Shown here piece by piece: positions 24,243 through 38,514 of a stretch of 64,000 nt of DNA. A program made the translations under genes and the position numbers. Position 1 is the first letter of the stretch. Each line of letters starts with the position of its first letter. Location: contig NW_027590226.1 of assembly GCF_964213995.1 (NCBI RefSeq), positions 124,001-188,000 on the forward strand, given 5' to 3'. The stretch comes from Mustelus asterias. Taxonomy: Eukaryota. A model generated the notes under the pieces. It was given only the letters and a program-made list of their open reading frames with translations, ran no database searches and had not been told where the DNA came from.

Positions 24243-25915
24243 CTGAATGCTTTCTACCTACTAGTGGAAACATTCTCTCCACGCCCACTCTATCCAGGCC
24301 TCGCAGTATCCTGAAAGTTTCAATAAGATCCCCCCTCATCCTTCAAAACCCCAACGAGTACAGACCCAGAGGACTCAACCGTTCCTCATACAGCAAGCCC
24401 TTCATTCCAGGAATCATTCTTGTGAACCTCACTGGACCCTTGCCAAGGCCAGCACATCCTTCCCTAGATATGGGGCCCAAGACTGCTCACAATACTCCAA
24501 ATGGGGTCTGACCAGAGACTTATACAGCCTCAGAAGTACATCCCTGCTCTTGTATTCTCGCCCTCTCGACATGAATGCTAACATTGCATTTGCCTTCCTG
24601 AACCTGACCTTTAACCTTAATAGAATCTTGAACAATGACTCCCAAGTCCCTTCTTGTTTTTGATTTCCTCAGCATTTTCCCATTTAGAAAATAGTCTATG
24701 CCTCCATTTCTCCTTCCAAAGTGCATAACCTCACACTTTTCCACATTGTATTCCAGCTGCCACATCTTTGCCCACTCTCCTAACCTGTCCAAGTCCTTCT
24801 GCAGCTCCCCTGCTTCCTCAATAGTACCTGTCCCTCTACATATCTTTGTATCATCTGCAAACTTAGCAAAAGTGCCTTCAGTCCCTTCCTCCAAATCGTT
24901 AATGCATACTGTGAAAAGTTCTGGTCCCAGCACTGACCCCTGAGGCACACCACTAGTCACCGGCTGCCATCCTGAGAAAGACCCCTTTATCCCCTCTCTC
25001 TGCCTTCTGCCAGTCAACCAATCCTCTATCCATGCCAGGATCTTACCCTTAGCACCATGTGCACTTAACTTATTTAACAGTCTTCTATGCGGCACCTTGC
25101 CAAAGGCCTTCTGGAAATCTAAATGAATCATGTCCACTGGCTCTCATTTATCTAACTTCCTTCTTACCTCCTCAAAGGACTCGAACAGATTTGTCAGATA
25201 TTACCTCCCCGACAAAGCCGCTGACTCAGTGCTACTTTATCATGCACTTCCATGTACTCTGCGATGTCATCTTTAATAATGGAATTTAAAGTCTTGCCAA
25301 TGATCGAAGTCAGGCTAACCGGCATATAATTTCCCGTCTGCTGCCTCCCTCCCTTCTTAAACAGTGGTATTGCATGCGCTACTTTCCATTCCTCTGGTAC
25401 ATTCCCTGTCTCCAGTGATATTTGAAAGATCACCACCAATGCCTCCACAATTTCCTCAACTATCACTTTCATAACCCTGGGGCGTAGTCCCTCCGGTCCA
25501 GGCGATTTATCCACCTTCAGACCTTTCAATTTCCCCAGAATCTTCTCCTTAGTGATGGCCACGACAGTCACCTGTGCCCCCTGACTCTCCTGGAGCTCTG
25601 GCATTCCACTGGTGTCTTCCACCGTGAAGACCGATGCAAAGTAACTATTCAGTTCCCCTGCCATTGCTTTGTTTTCTATTATTACTTCTCCAGCCTAATT
25701 TTCCAGTGGTCCAATGGCAATTTTTGCGTCTTTCTTACCTTTTTTATATTGAAAAAATCTATCCCTGTCTTATTTTATATTACTAGCTAGCTTACACTCA
25801 TATTTCATCTCCTCCCCCCTTATTGCTTTTTTAGTTTTCCTCTGCTCGCTTCTAGATGCGTCCCAATCCTCTGGCTTTCTATGCTTTAACTTTTGCTTTA
25901 ATGCTGTGCTTGACC
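24243..25915 (-). mobile_element. CR1 LINE ORF2 fragment (reverse transcriptase)
   Basis: [42 protein letters not shown]. Confidence 0.94.
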
Positions 25916-26034
25916 TTTATGCTGTGCTACAACCTTTAGTCCTTCCAGATTTTCTCGGTGAACTCAATCCCCGAGCTATCGGGAACAAATGAACTAAGAG
26001 CAGTCTGATTTTGTTTCCGTTTGCTGATGGTGAA

Positions 26035-26610
26035 TAGAGTCATAGAGTCGTCGAGGTTGACAGCATGGACACAAGCATTTCGGCCCAACTTGTCATACCG
26101 CCTTTTTTATTAACCACTAAGCTTGTCCCAATTTCCCGCGTTTGGCCCATATCCCTCTGTAACCATCGTACCCATGCAACGGTCTAAACCCTTTTTAAAA
26201 GACAAAATTGTACCCACCTCTACCACTACCTCTGGCAGCCTGTTCCAAATACGTGCCACCCTCTGTGTGAAACAATATCACCTCTGAACCATTTTGTATC
26301 TCTCCACTCTCATCTTAAACCTATGCCCTCTCGTTTTAGACTCCTCTATCATTGGGAAAATATATTGACTATTGAGCTGATCTATGCACCTCATTATTTT
26401 ATAAGCATCTATAAGATCTCCCCAAGCCTCCTACGCTCCGGAGAAAGAATCCCAGTCTATCCAGCCTCTCCGTACAACTCAAACCATCAAGACCTCGTAG
26501 CATTCTAACAAAACTTTTCTACACTCTTTCTAGTTTAATAATATCCGTTCTATAATAGGGTGACCACAACTGTACACAGCAGTCCAAGTGAAGCCTCACC
26601 GATGTCTTCA
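26035..26610 (-). mobile_element. CR1 LINE 3' fragment
   Basis: CR1 3'-end homology and tagagtcatagagtc tail. Confidence 0.75.
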
Positions 26611-26835
26611 AAATCTTCAAATCCAAGATGGTAAGAGGGATTAGGTTGAGGGGGGAGGATAGTCATATTTGGAACATGTGGCCTTTCTCGTGCAACGAAT
26701 CACTCAACATATCATCACCCAAATTAGTGAATGTAACAGGCTAAAAGAAAATAATGAGGCAATTGAAATATTGTGAAACTCACTGGACAGCTTCAAGTGG
26801 TAAATTGCTTTCCAATACTGTGTAAGTGTGCAAAG

Positions 26836-27134
26836 GCGGCACGGTGTCATAGCCAGGGACCGGGGTTCAATTCTGTCCTCGTGTCACTGTCTGTGTGGAG
26901 TTTGCAGTTTCTCTCCGTGTCTGTGTGGATTTCCTCCGGGTACCCTGGTTTCCTGCTGCAGTCCGAACATGTGCAAATCAGGTTGATTGGCCATGCTGAA
27001 TTAACCCTTGTGTCAGGGGTATTAGTGGGGTTAATATGAGGGGTCACGGGAATAGGGCCTGGGTAGGATTGAGGTCGCTCCAGACTCGATGGGCCCAATC
27101 GTCTCATTCTGCACTGTAGATTCTTTGTTCTATG
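26836..27134 (+). mobile_element. HE1-like SINE
   Basis: ggcggcacggtg head; ctgcactgtagattct tail. Confidence 0.8.
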
Positions 27135-29487
27135 AATAATTAATCTGGATTTTAAGATTCTATAACGTCACATTAGACATTTTACATTATATATAACATT
27201 AGATACAGGTATTTTCAGTTATACAGTCACTTTAAAAATGGTTAGACACTCCAGTTATATATCAGGTGTTTATGTGTGATGATGAGGTGATTACTTGTCA
27301 ATAAAGCGCAGAGGCTGCTGGGTAGCTGCTCATTATCCTTGGTCTCATTTAATTTAATTTCCCGCTGAATTCTGGGACAGATTTGGTTCTTTGGTGACAG
27401 AAAGGCCAAAGTGACCTCAATAAATTTGAATCTCAATAAACTACATTAGATAAACTGCAACTATATTTGTACCAAATAAAATGCTGAAAATAATTTGTGA
27501 AATTTTTATTTATTTTTGTGATTTGGAGATTATTAGTAATATTAGCGCCAGGTAATGAGCACCTCCAAAAAGAGAGAATCTACCCATTGCTCCTTGTCAC
27601 TCAATGATATTACGATACTGAATCGCCCACTATAAACATCGTCGGGGTTACCATTGGCTAATCGCTGAATTAACTATGTATATAAATGCTCCGGCTGGAA
27701 TACCAAGTCAGCTTGCTGCGAGAAACTCACCTCCTGATTCCCCAAACCTGTCCACCACCTACAAACCACAACTCAGGAGTGTAATAGGGTTCTCTCCACT
27801 TGCTTGAATGAGTGCAGCTCAAACAACATTCAAGAAGTTTTATAGCATTCAGGACAAAACAGCCGGCTTGACTGGCATAGCTTTTGCAAATGTTCACTCC
27901 CTCCACCACCGACAAACAACAGCAGTATTATACACCATCTACAAGTTTCACTTCAGGAACTCACCAAGGCTCCTCAGGCAACACCTTCCAACCACAGGAC
28001 TGTTACCATTTGGAAGAACAGGGGTAGGAGTTACCTGGGAATATCACCTGTAAATTCCATTCCAAGTCAGTCATATAACTGACTTGGAAAAATATCGCCC
28101 TTCCTTCACTGTCGCTCGATTGAAATCCTGGAACACTCTCTGTCACAGCACTGTGTGAGTACGTACACCACAGGTTTGGCAGCTATTCAAGAAGGTAGCT
28201 CACCACCACCTTACGAAGGGCAATTAGTGATAGGCAACAAATGCTGACCTAGCCAGCAACGACCACATCCCTTGAATTAAGACGTAAATATATTAATGTT
28301 TATGAATGGTTGATAACTGGTGAACAAAATTATGCAACTTTGTGAATGGATGGCAATTGATGAAAATAGATACCAACTTTATGAACATTGATGATCTTCT
28401 CTTTCTTGATAGAAGATAGGATGAGCTCCACAGGAGATGCATGATTCAAAAACACAACACTGCCGGGGGAAAAAGCCGCCAGAGCATACTGCAACACGTC
28501 ATTGCCAGTGACACATCTGAAAACATTCATCTGTTTGAAGATCAGGAAGATCCTGAAACACAATGTTGTGTTTATATTGGAAGATTGACTCTGGAAAATA
28601 TCTGCTCCATATGCTTCATGTACTTATCTTTACCTTCGTAAATTTCGTCAAGACATTCAACACCGGTTGCAGAGCAGGGACTACCATATTTGGGAAAAAG
28701 TCACTCTCCATCAAAACTCCTCAGTCTTATTCATGACACAGAAATCAACAACATATAACCACAATCGGTAGTTTCATGGGCAGCACTTGTAACAGAGTCA
28801 ACTTCTCAAAAATTGCCTTCTCAGTCATCAACAAAGGTGACATATGAAAAAGAAACCATTCTGAAACTGATGCGTTTACTCTGTGTCTATTTTTTTTTAA
28901 ATGGAAGGACGCCGGTTATCATTGTGAAATTGATTTGTAAACAATATGACGTATTTCAGACAACACACACACACACGCACACACACACACACACACACAT
29001 TTTCCTTCAACTTAACACTCCATCTTTGCTTCCTGGGGGGCTTAAGAGACAATTGCCCCAACTATCTTTCAGATGGAATGGTGAACAAATAAATTTTCCC
29101 CAACACCATGTTTGCTGACCTGAACATTAAAGGTCCCATTGTTTCCAACAGCGCCCTGGTCAGTATTCCTCCTTCTAACCAAAATGAACAAACATACATT
29201 ACCATGGATTAAGGCATTATGCTCTGATGCTGGCCTGGCAACATAGGAACAGAAGTTTCCCTCCCAGCCCCTCACCATCCTGACTTGGAAATATACCACC
29301 GTTCCCTCACAATCGCTGAGTCCAAATCCTCAAATTTCCTCCCTAACGGCACTGTGGGTCTACCCACAGAACATGTACTGCAGCGATTCAAGAAGGCAAC
29401 TCACTATCACCTTCTCAAGGGCAACTAGGTATGGGGAATAAATGCTGGCAAGCCAGCGAGGCCCATGTCCCAAGAATGAATTAAAAA

Positions 29488-30320
29488 AGCAGAAGCAGGC
29501 CATTCAGCTTCTAGAACTCGCCCCACCATTCAATAAGATCATGGCTGATCTGGGCCAAACTCTATGTACCTACCCTTGGCCCATATCCCTTGATACCCAT
29601 GTTCAATAAAAGTCGATCTCAGACATAAATCTAACAATTGAACCAGCACCCAATCGCCTTTGAGGAAGAGAGTTCCAAATGTCCACCACTCTCTGTGTGT
29701 AGAATTGCTTTCGATCAACTCTCCTGAACGGCTTGGCCCTATTTTTTTTAAAAAACACCATGGTCCTTTATTCTAGAGCCTTCAACTGGTGGAAAAAATT
29801 TTTTTTATCCGCCCTGTCCTACAAAATATTTTGTAGATTTCTGTCAGAGCACCCCTCATTCTTCTGAATTCGAGAGAAAAAGTCCCAATTTGTCTAATTC
29901 CTCCTCGCAACTTAACCCCTAAAGACCTAATTCTTGTGAACCTGCGTTCAACTCCTTCCAGGGCCAAAATCTTTCCAAAGGTGTGGTGCCCAAACCTGTG
30001 CACAGTACTCCAGGTGGACTCTAACCAGGATTTTGCATAATTGCAGCATAACATCTGCATCCCTATACTCCAGTCCTGTAGATACAAAGGCCAGAATTCC
30101 GTTGACCTGCTTGACTATTTTCTGCATCAGTTCGTTGCATTTTAAGAAGCTATTCACCTGAACCCCCAAATCTCGCTGGGCATCCACTAAATTTAATTTT
30201 GTGCGTTCTAAAAAAATACCTTGATCTATCATCTGGATACTTGACTTTTTTTGCCATTATCTAAGCCGTTATGAATATTGTAAATAATTGAGGCCCCAAG
30301 ACAGATTCCTGCGGGACACC
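29488..30320 (-). mobile_element. Diverged CR1 LINE 3' part
   Basis: QRDLGVQV, LVRVHLEYCAQVWAPHL. Confidence 0.85.
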
Positions 30321-32109
30321 ACTTAACCTGCATTATTCAGCAACGTATATCTATATTTCGTTGCACCTTAAATTTGGGCACCTTCCGCAGAAGAGGACGT
30401 GGTATTACATTTATGGATGTGAATTCTTGATACATTAATATGATAGATCATACCTGATAGCGATATTTTCACAGTAACTGTAATTACAGCGTTTTGCCAG
30501 CAGATGGAAATGAAATCTTGATGTGTTCCATTACATGAAGCAGGCACTGCCTCAATAAATACTACACTGGACCCTGTATCTGTTCATTTTGAATTGACCT
30601 CCATATGTATCTATTTAGAATGGGCACAGTCTCTGATTATACTACATTATATTATATGGCACCCTGTTTAAACTAATATTGCACCAGCACATGTCAATGT
30701 ATACATCACACAATCACTCTGATCCGAATATTTCCAGGAAGGATCTAACTTTGCAGTTCTGCCGCATGCAGTCCTGAATGGTGGTGGGCATTTAAGCAAT
30801 TAACCACAGCAGGAGCCTCAAATGAAACCACCATTTTTAATGATGGAGGAGCTCAGCAAACGGTCAAGAAACAAAACTGAAACAATTGCTACAGAAGTGC
30901 CGAGAGGATGTTCCATTTCGGCCTCCTCCTGAGGTCCCCAGCATCATAGATGCCAGTTCCAAGCAGTTCAATTCATTTCACAGTATAACATTGGAACAGG
31001 AGTAGGCCATTCAAGCCCTGGAACCCGCTCCACCATGCAATATGATCGTGATTGATCTGTGGCCTAACACTGTGCTGAAGGCGTTGGACACTGCAAGGAT
31101 TATTGGGCCTGACAATATTTCCCAGAATCAAACATTCCCAGAAAATGTAGGCTGTTTAGAAACAGTAAAACTCTCTCTAGACTGTCCATTCAAACAATTG
31201 GGTGGCCGGGACAGGACGAGTTTGATCCAGGGAGTGACCAATATACATTTTGGTGAAAAACTCTCTCGATATATTCCAATTAATTGAATTAGATCCATTT
31301 AGTTTGAAGCCTATTAATATGGCTGAGAGAATACATTAGCTGGAGTTTGACTTGATGTTGTTGAAAATGACCTGTCGTGGAGAGACAAAACAAGACACAG
31401 AATCAGATAGGGGAAAAACACAGAGAGATAAAGCACAGGAAATCTACACAAATATATTTGCCGTGGCATTATATTTCGAGATTAGAGAGAATTTGTCCTA
31501 CTTTTGAACACAGAAATGATCATAGCCTTTTTTGCACATATAACCGATGAAGAAAAATGTCCAAAAAACAATCACGACTGGAATCCGTTGATTTATATGC
31601 ATGTTTGTCTATTTCTGTGCTGTGTTGATGGGGAAGTTTTTGCTCTGTTTTTCTCAACCAAATAAATTTGTTCGGGGCTTGCTATTTCTCTGTTCATTTA
31701 CACAAACACCTCACTGGTTAGAAACCAGCAAACCAGATAAACAGTCACTTCTTGATTCGTTTCAACTCAAAATAACGGTTTAATTAAAGTATATTGACAG
31801 TTGTTTCAAAATGAATAGAAGCTTTGTGAATGCCCATTAGAGCAGATGCTATTTAATTCAAATAAAGAGATACATTCTAATCAAAAATTTGTTCAGAGTT
31901 TTCTGATGTCACAATAAATAAAACATACTTGAACAGGTTGGTATTCCACTGAATGTCAATTTGATGATTTAATCTACTTAAACTGGACAAGTTAAGACAT
32001 CTGGCAACGGAATGAATACAATCACATTAATCTCAGAGCTTTCAACATATCAAATCCTGCATTTTCTAATGTTAACATTTGGAAAGAACTTGCATTTAGT
32101 TCATGGACA

Positions 32110-32448
32110 CATTAGAAACCTGACAGTGCAGAAGGAGGCCATTCAGCCCGTCGAGTCTGCACTGACACCAATCCCACCCAAGCTCTGTCCCCAGAACGCA
32201 ACATATTTACCCTGTTAATCTCGCTAACCTACGTATCCTCGGGCACTAAGGGGCAATTTAGCATGGCCATTCAACCTAACCCGCACATCTTTGCACTGTG
32301 GGAGCAAACCGGAGCAACCAGAAGAAACCCTTGCAGACATGTGGAGAATGTGCAAACTCTACAAAGACAATGACCCAAGCCGGGAATTGAAACAGGGCTC
32401 TGGAGATGTAGGGCAGCAGTGCTAACCATTGTGCTACCGTGCCGCCCA
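32110..32448 (-). mobile_element. HE1-like SINE
   Basis: Same head and tail as 15915-16256. Confidence 0.85.
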
Positions 32449-34140
32449 CGCTTTTATAACAGTTTCCTCGACCCTGGGTCGCCCCAAAGCATTTAAAACT
32501 CTCTGATGTATTTTCGCTGAATTTATTCACTCCTGTAATATTGAGAATACCGCAAGTATTTGGGGCACAGCAGCCTCCCACAAACCGAGATGTGATAAAG
32601 GAACAGCAATTTTGTGATTTTAGTTGAAGAACGAATGGCCCAGGATATTGGAGAGAACAGCCCTGTTCTACAGAATTATATAATCGAGATTTTGCATCCT
32701 GCCATCGACCTGAAATGAGAATCCGTTTCACTCTCTGCTGATGCCCACTGACCAAGCTTTTTTGTTGTTTTTCTGTTAGATTTCCGGAATCCACAGTAGT
32801 TTGCATTGTTTTATTCATTCTCTGAATATGGGCATCACTGACAAAGTCAGCATTAATTGCCCATCCTGAGAAGGCGGTTGTGAGCCACCTTTTTGAAAAT
32901 AATTGCCCTCTGGTCGGTTTTATTTGTGTTTGACTTTCTGCAGCAGTTTGGAAACACCTGAATGGCTCTTTCGGCAATTTCAGAGGCATTTAAGTGTCAA
33001 CGTCATCACTGTGGAACTGGAGTCACCTGTAGGACAGACAGGGTAAACATGTTTTTTAAAAAATTCATTCGTGGGACTTGGGCGTCACTGGCTGGCCAGC
33101 ATTCGTTGCATAACCTTAGTTGCCCTTGGAGGGCAGTTGAGAATCAACCACTTTGCTGTGACTCTGGAGCCACATGTAGGTCAGACAAGGTAAGGACGGT
33201 AGATTTCTTCCCCTGAAGGGACATTAGCGAACCAGATGGGTTTTGACAACAATTAACAGTGGTCTCAGTAATCAATAGATTCTTAGTTCCAGATACTTTT
33301 TGTTGAATTCAAATTCCACCATCTGCCGTGGTGGGATTTGAACCCAGGTCCTCATAACATTAGCTGAACATTAAGTACATCGAAACCAGAGGCCTGAGTG
33401 AGCCATTCGAACCTGATCCGTCATTCATCATGATCATGGATGCTTTCCTATCTCTAGGTCACATTGCTGCATTCTGTCCACACTCCTTGATAGCATTAAA
33501 ATCTAATCACAAATCTATTTATTTCTTGAATAAATGCAGTGACATGGCATCCACAGTCATCTCTTCTAGATCACTCCGCAGGTTCACTAGCCTCTGAAGT
33601 GAAGGGAACTTTCTTCATTTCTATCCTAAATTGGCTACCCTGTGCCTTGAAACTGCATCCCTGGTTTGAGACTCCCTAACCGGCGAAAACGTCCTTCCTT
33701 CATCCAGCCTGTGCAGTGCTCTTATTATTTATTTAATTGTGTATAAGGTGTATTTATTATTGGTGTCACAGGTAGGCATACATTCACACTTCAATGAAGT
33801 TACTGTGAAAATGCCCTACCGTCACAATCCAGCGCCTGCTCAGGTACCTGCTGAACGAAAATTTCGCATGGTCAATGCACCTAACCAACATGTCTTTCAG
33901 ACTGTGGGAGGAAACCGGAGCACCCGAAGGGAATCCACGCAGACACGGGGAGAACGTGCAGACTCTGCACAGACAGTGGCCCAAGCTGGGAATCGAGTCC
34001 GAGTCCCTGCCGCTATGAGGCAGCAGTGCTAACCACTGTGCCACGTGCCACCCTCATTTTATATGTTTTATATGTTTCAATCACAATTTTATATGCTTCA
34101 ATCAGATCTCCTCTTATCCTTCTAAACTCAAGTGAATACA

Positions 34141-34265
34141 TGAGGTGGAAATGCCAACGTTGGAATGGGGTTGGCACAGTAAGAAGTCTCACAACAACAG
34201 GTTGAAATCCAACAGGTTTATTTGGAATCACGAGCTTTCAGAGCGCTGCCACTTCATCAGGTGAG
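34141..34265 (-). mobile_element. Solo Penelope-like terminus with 13-bp TSD, inserted in an old CR1
   Basis: tcaagtgaataca at 34128-34140 and 34266-34278; cagtaagaagtctcacaac.. terminus. Confidence 0.85.
34229..34263 (-). ncRNA. Minimal hammerhead ribozyme-like motif
   Basis: CAC-CTGATGA-AGTGGCAGCGCTCT-GAAA-GCTC-GTG on -. Confidence 0.6.
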
Positions 34266-35714
34266 TCAAGTGAATACAGACCCAGTCGAATCAATCTCTC
34301 CTCCTAGGACAGTCCCACCAATTCCGGTATCAGTTGTACTCCCCAAAGACGCTTTCCTATTTAACGAGGTCAGAACTACATGCGCTACACCTATGAAGGC
34401 CCGGCATAACTGCAGTCAGACTTCACTAATTCCGAACACATATCCTCACGCAAAGACGGCCTTCGTAATTGCCTGCTGTGCATGCCTCTCCAATTTCATT
34501 GACCTGTGTACAAAGAAACCTAGATCCATTTGTACATCACACTTCCTAATATATATTGCCTTCTGCGTTACACACCAGTATATAACTGCACATTTAGTCA
34601 CGTTGTCCTGCATCTGCCACGTGTTCAACCCATTCACTCAAATTGTCCAGATCACATTGAAGCCCCCCTTCATCCTCCTCACAGTGCACAATTCCGCCCA
34701 GTTATGTATCGCTAACCCTTTTGAACATGTTACATTTGATTCCTTCATCCAGGTCCCTGGGTTCGACTCCTGGTTTGGTTCACTGTCTGTCAGGAGTCTA
34801 CACGTTTTCCCGTGTCTATATGGGTTTCTTCCGGGTGCTCGGTTTCCACCAACAGTCCGAAAGACGTTCTGGTTTGGTGCATTCGCCATGCTAAATTCTC
34901 CCTCAGTGTACACGAACAGGTGCTGGAATGTGACGTCTCGGGGATTTTCACAGTAACTTCATTGCAGTGTTAACGTCAGCCGATTCGCGACTAATAAATA
35001 AATTTTAAAAGTTGGGACCCTGCGGTACCCCACTATCGCTGCCTACCAGTCGGAAAAAGACCCTTTTATGTCCAGTCTCTCTTTCTTATCTGTCAACGAA
35101 TTCTATACCTATGCCAATATATTACTCCCCATCTCACGTTCTTTCATTTGGCCTACGAATATTTTATGAGGAACCTTCTCAAATATCTTCTGAAAGTGCA
35201 AATACACCACGTACACTGGCCCCCCTTACTTATTCTATTATTTACATCCTCAAAAAACGCAAGTATGCTGGTTAAGAAAGACATGTCCTTCTTTCGCCCA
35301 TGCTGGCTTCATCAAACTCCGTTCGTGCTTTCGAAATATGTTGCTAACATGTCTTTGATAACAGTCTCTAACATCTTCGCTGATGCTAAAGTCAGTCTGT
35401 AGTTCATCATTTTTACTCTCCCTTCCTTGGTATATAATCGGGGTTACATTTGTCACCCTCCAATCTGTACGAACTGCTCCAGCGTGTGTAAAATTTTAGA
35501 AGCTGACCAGCAATGCATCCAATATGTCCAGGGCCATTTCCTTTCATAACCTCGAATGCAGATTATCAGACCCCAGTGATTTATCAGCATTTCACCCTAT
35601 TATTTTCCCCAACATGGTTTTCCTAATACTGATTTTCTTTAATGCCGTCTTCCATCTAGTCCCTCGGTTCCCTTACATTTCTGGGAGGATATTTGTGTCC
35701 TCTTTTGGTGGTGT

Positions 35715-37770
35715 CAAAAGACAGGTAACTATATGCCGGTTAGCTTAACTCCTGTAGTAGGGAAAATGCTTGAATCTATCATCAAGGAAGAAATAGCGAG
35801 ACATCTGGAAATAAATTGTCCCATTCGTAACACTCAGCGTGGGTTCATTTAGGGAAAATCATGTTTGACTAATTTGGTGGAATTCTTTGAGAACATTACA
35901 TGTGCAGTGAACAATGGGGAACCTGTGGATGTGGTGTATCTGGATTTCCAGAAGGCATTTGACAAGGTGCTGCACCAGAGACTGCTACATAAGATAAAGG
36001 TGCACCGTGTTACGGATAATTTATTAACATGGATAGGGGATTGGTTAAATAAAGTAAAGATTGAATAGGTTGGGACTTTATTCCCTGGAGCGTAGAAGAT
36101 TGAGGGGAGATTTGATAGAGGTGTATAAGATTTTGATGGGTATAGATAGAGTGAATGCAAGCAGGCTTTTTCCGCTGAGGCTAGGGGAGAAAAAAACCAG
36201 AGGGCATGGGTTAAGGGTGAAAGGAGAAAAGTTTAAAGGGAATATTAGGGGGGGGGGTTTCTTCACGCAGAGAGTGGTGGGAGTGTGGAATGAGCTGCCA
36301 GATAAAGTGGTAAATGCGGGGTCACTTTTAACATTTAAGAAAAACTTGGACGGGTTCATGGATGAGAGGGGTGTGGAGGGATATGGTCCAAGTGCAGGTC
36401 AGTGGGACGAGGCATAAAATGGTTTGGCACAGACAAGAAGGGCCAAAAGGCCTGTTTCTGAGCTGTAATGTTCTATGGTTTCTATGGTTCTAACAAAGAG
36501 TGGGGGTAAACGGGTGTTTTGCTCGTTGGCGATCAGTGACTAGTGGCATGCCTCAGGGATCATTGTTGAGACTCTTGACATAGATGATTTGGAATTGGGA
36601 ACAAGTGTAGTGTGTCAAAATTCGCAGATGACACTAAGATGGGTGGCAGAGCAAAGTGTGCAGAGGACGCTGAAAGTCTGCAAAGGAATAAAGATAGTCT
36701 AAGTGAATGGGAGGGTCTGGCAGATGGAGTACAATGTTGGTAAATATGACGTCATCCATTTTGGAAGGAATAACAGCAAAATGGACTATTATTTAAACAG
36801 TAAAAAATTGCAGCATGCTGTTTTGCAGAGGGACCTGGGTGTCCTTGTGCAGGAATCTCAAGAAATTGGTTTGCAGGTGCAGCAGGTAATTAAGAAGGTA
36901 AATTGAACTTTGCCCTTTATTGCTCGAGGGATGGAATTTAAAAACAGCGAGGTTACGTTGCAGCTGTAAAAGGTGCTGGTGAGGCCACACCTGGAGTACT
37001 GTGTACTGTTTTGGTCTCCTTACTTGAGAATGGATATACTGGCACTGTAGGGAGTACAGAGGAGTTTCAGTAGATTGATTCCGGAGTTGAGAGGGTTGGC
37101 TTATGAGAAGAAACTGAGTAGACTGGGGCTATACTCACTGGAATTCAGAAGAATGAGGAGAAATCTTATAGAAACATCTGATTATGAAGGGAACAGATAA
37201 GATAGAAGCAAGGAAGTTGTTTATACTAGCGGGTGAACTAGAACTCGGGAGCATAGCCTCAAAATAAGGGGAAGCAGATTTAGGACTGAGTTGAGGAGGA
37301 ACTTCTTCACACAAAGGGTTGTGAATCTGTGAAATTCCCTGCCCAGTGAAGCAGTTGAGACTACCCCATTAAATGTTTTTTAAGGCAAGGATAGATACTT
37401 TTGAACAGCAAAAGAATTAAGGGTTATGGTGAGCGGGTGGGTCTGTGGAGCTGAGTCCACGAAAACATGGGTTTCCTCCGGGTGCTCCGGTTTCCTCCCA
37501 CAGTCCAAAGATGTGCGGGTTAGGTTGATTGGCCAGGTTAAAAATTGCCCCTTAGAATCCTAAGATGCGTAGGTTAGAGGGATTTAGCGGGTAAATATGT
37601 GGGGGTAGGGTCTGGGTGGGATTGTGGTCGGTTCTGACTCGATGGGCCGAATGGCCTCCTTCTGCACTGTAGGGTTTCTATGTTTCTATGTAACATCAGC
37701 CATGATCTTATTGAATGGTGGAGCAGGCTCGAGGGGCCAGATGGCCTACTCCTGCTCCTAGTTCTTAAGT
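35715..37770 (+). mobile_element. CR1 LINE with a nested CR1 3' fragment (about 36050-36491) and a nested SINE half (about 37468-37690)
   Basis: DFQKAFDKV..; RT resumes after the ttctatggtttctatggttct tail; related to 52783-54026. Confidence 0.9.
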
Positions 37771-38514
37771 TATTTTGTTAAACTTTGTGTTCTATTCATT
37801 CAACATTTCTTTGTTCCCCATTATAATTTCCCTGGATTCTGACTGCAAGGTACCTACATTTGTCCGAACTAAACTTTGTCTCTTCAGATATTCATAGATG
37901 CTTTTATAATTAGTTTCTATGTTCCCTGCGATTTTACTCTCAAACTATATTTTCCCCCTTGATCATTTGGTCTTTTGTTGAATTGTAAGACGTTCCTAAA
38001 TCACAGGTTTGTTGCTTCTTCTGGTAATTTTATGTATCTTCTAACTAAGAAATAAAATTTCCTCTCCTGAAAGACATTCGAGAAGAAGGTGAGCTTTGAT
38101 GACGTATGATTTTCACAGTAACTTCATTACAGTGTGAATGTAAGCCTACCTTTGACGATTAAATAAACTTTAAACCATTAAACTTTAATTGCACACGATG
38201 TTCTTTCAACTTAATCAATTTATTGAATTCAAATTCCCCAGCTTCCGGGGTGGAATTGGAACTCCTGTCCCCAGAGCATTACCTCAAGCTTCTGGAGTAC
38301 TAGCTTAATAATAATGATATTGCTATACTATCCTTCGACTGAAATGTGATCGCATCTAGTAATGGAATAACTGAACATTCAGCAGTGCGTCACAAGTTGG
38401 ATCACGAGCTCAGGTATCTGTTGTGGGAATTGAACACATTACCATTTGACTCAAACAATTATGTTGTTTCCACTGAGATTTGACATTTAGCTCAGTGTGC
38501 CTACAGTCTGAGAT

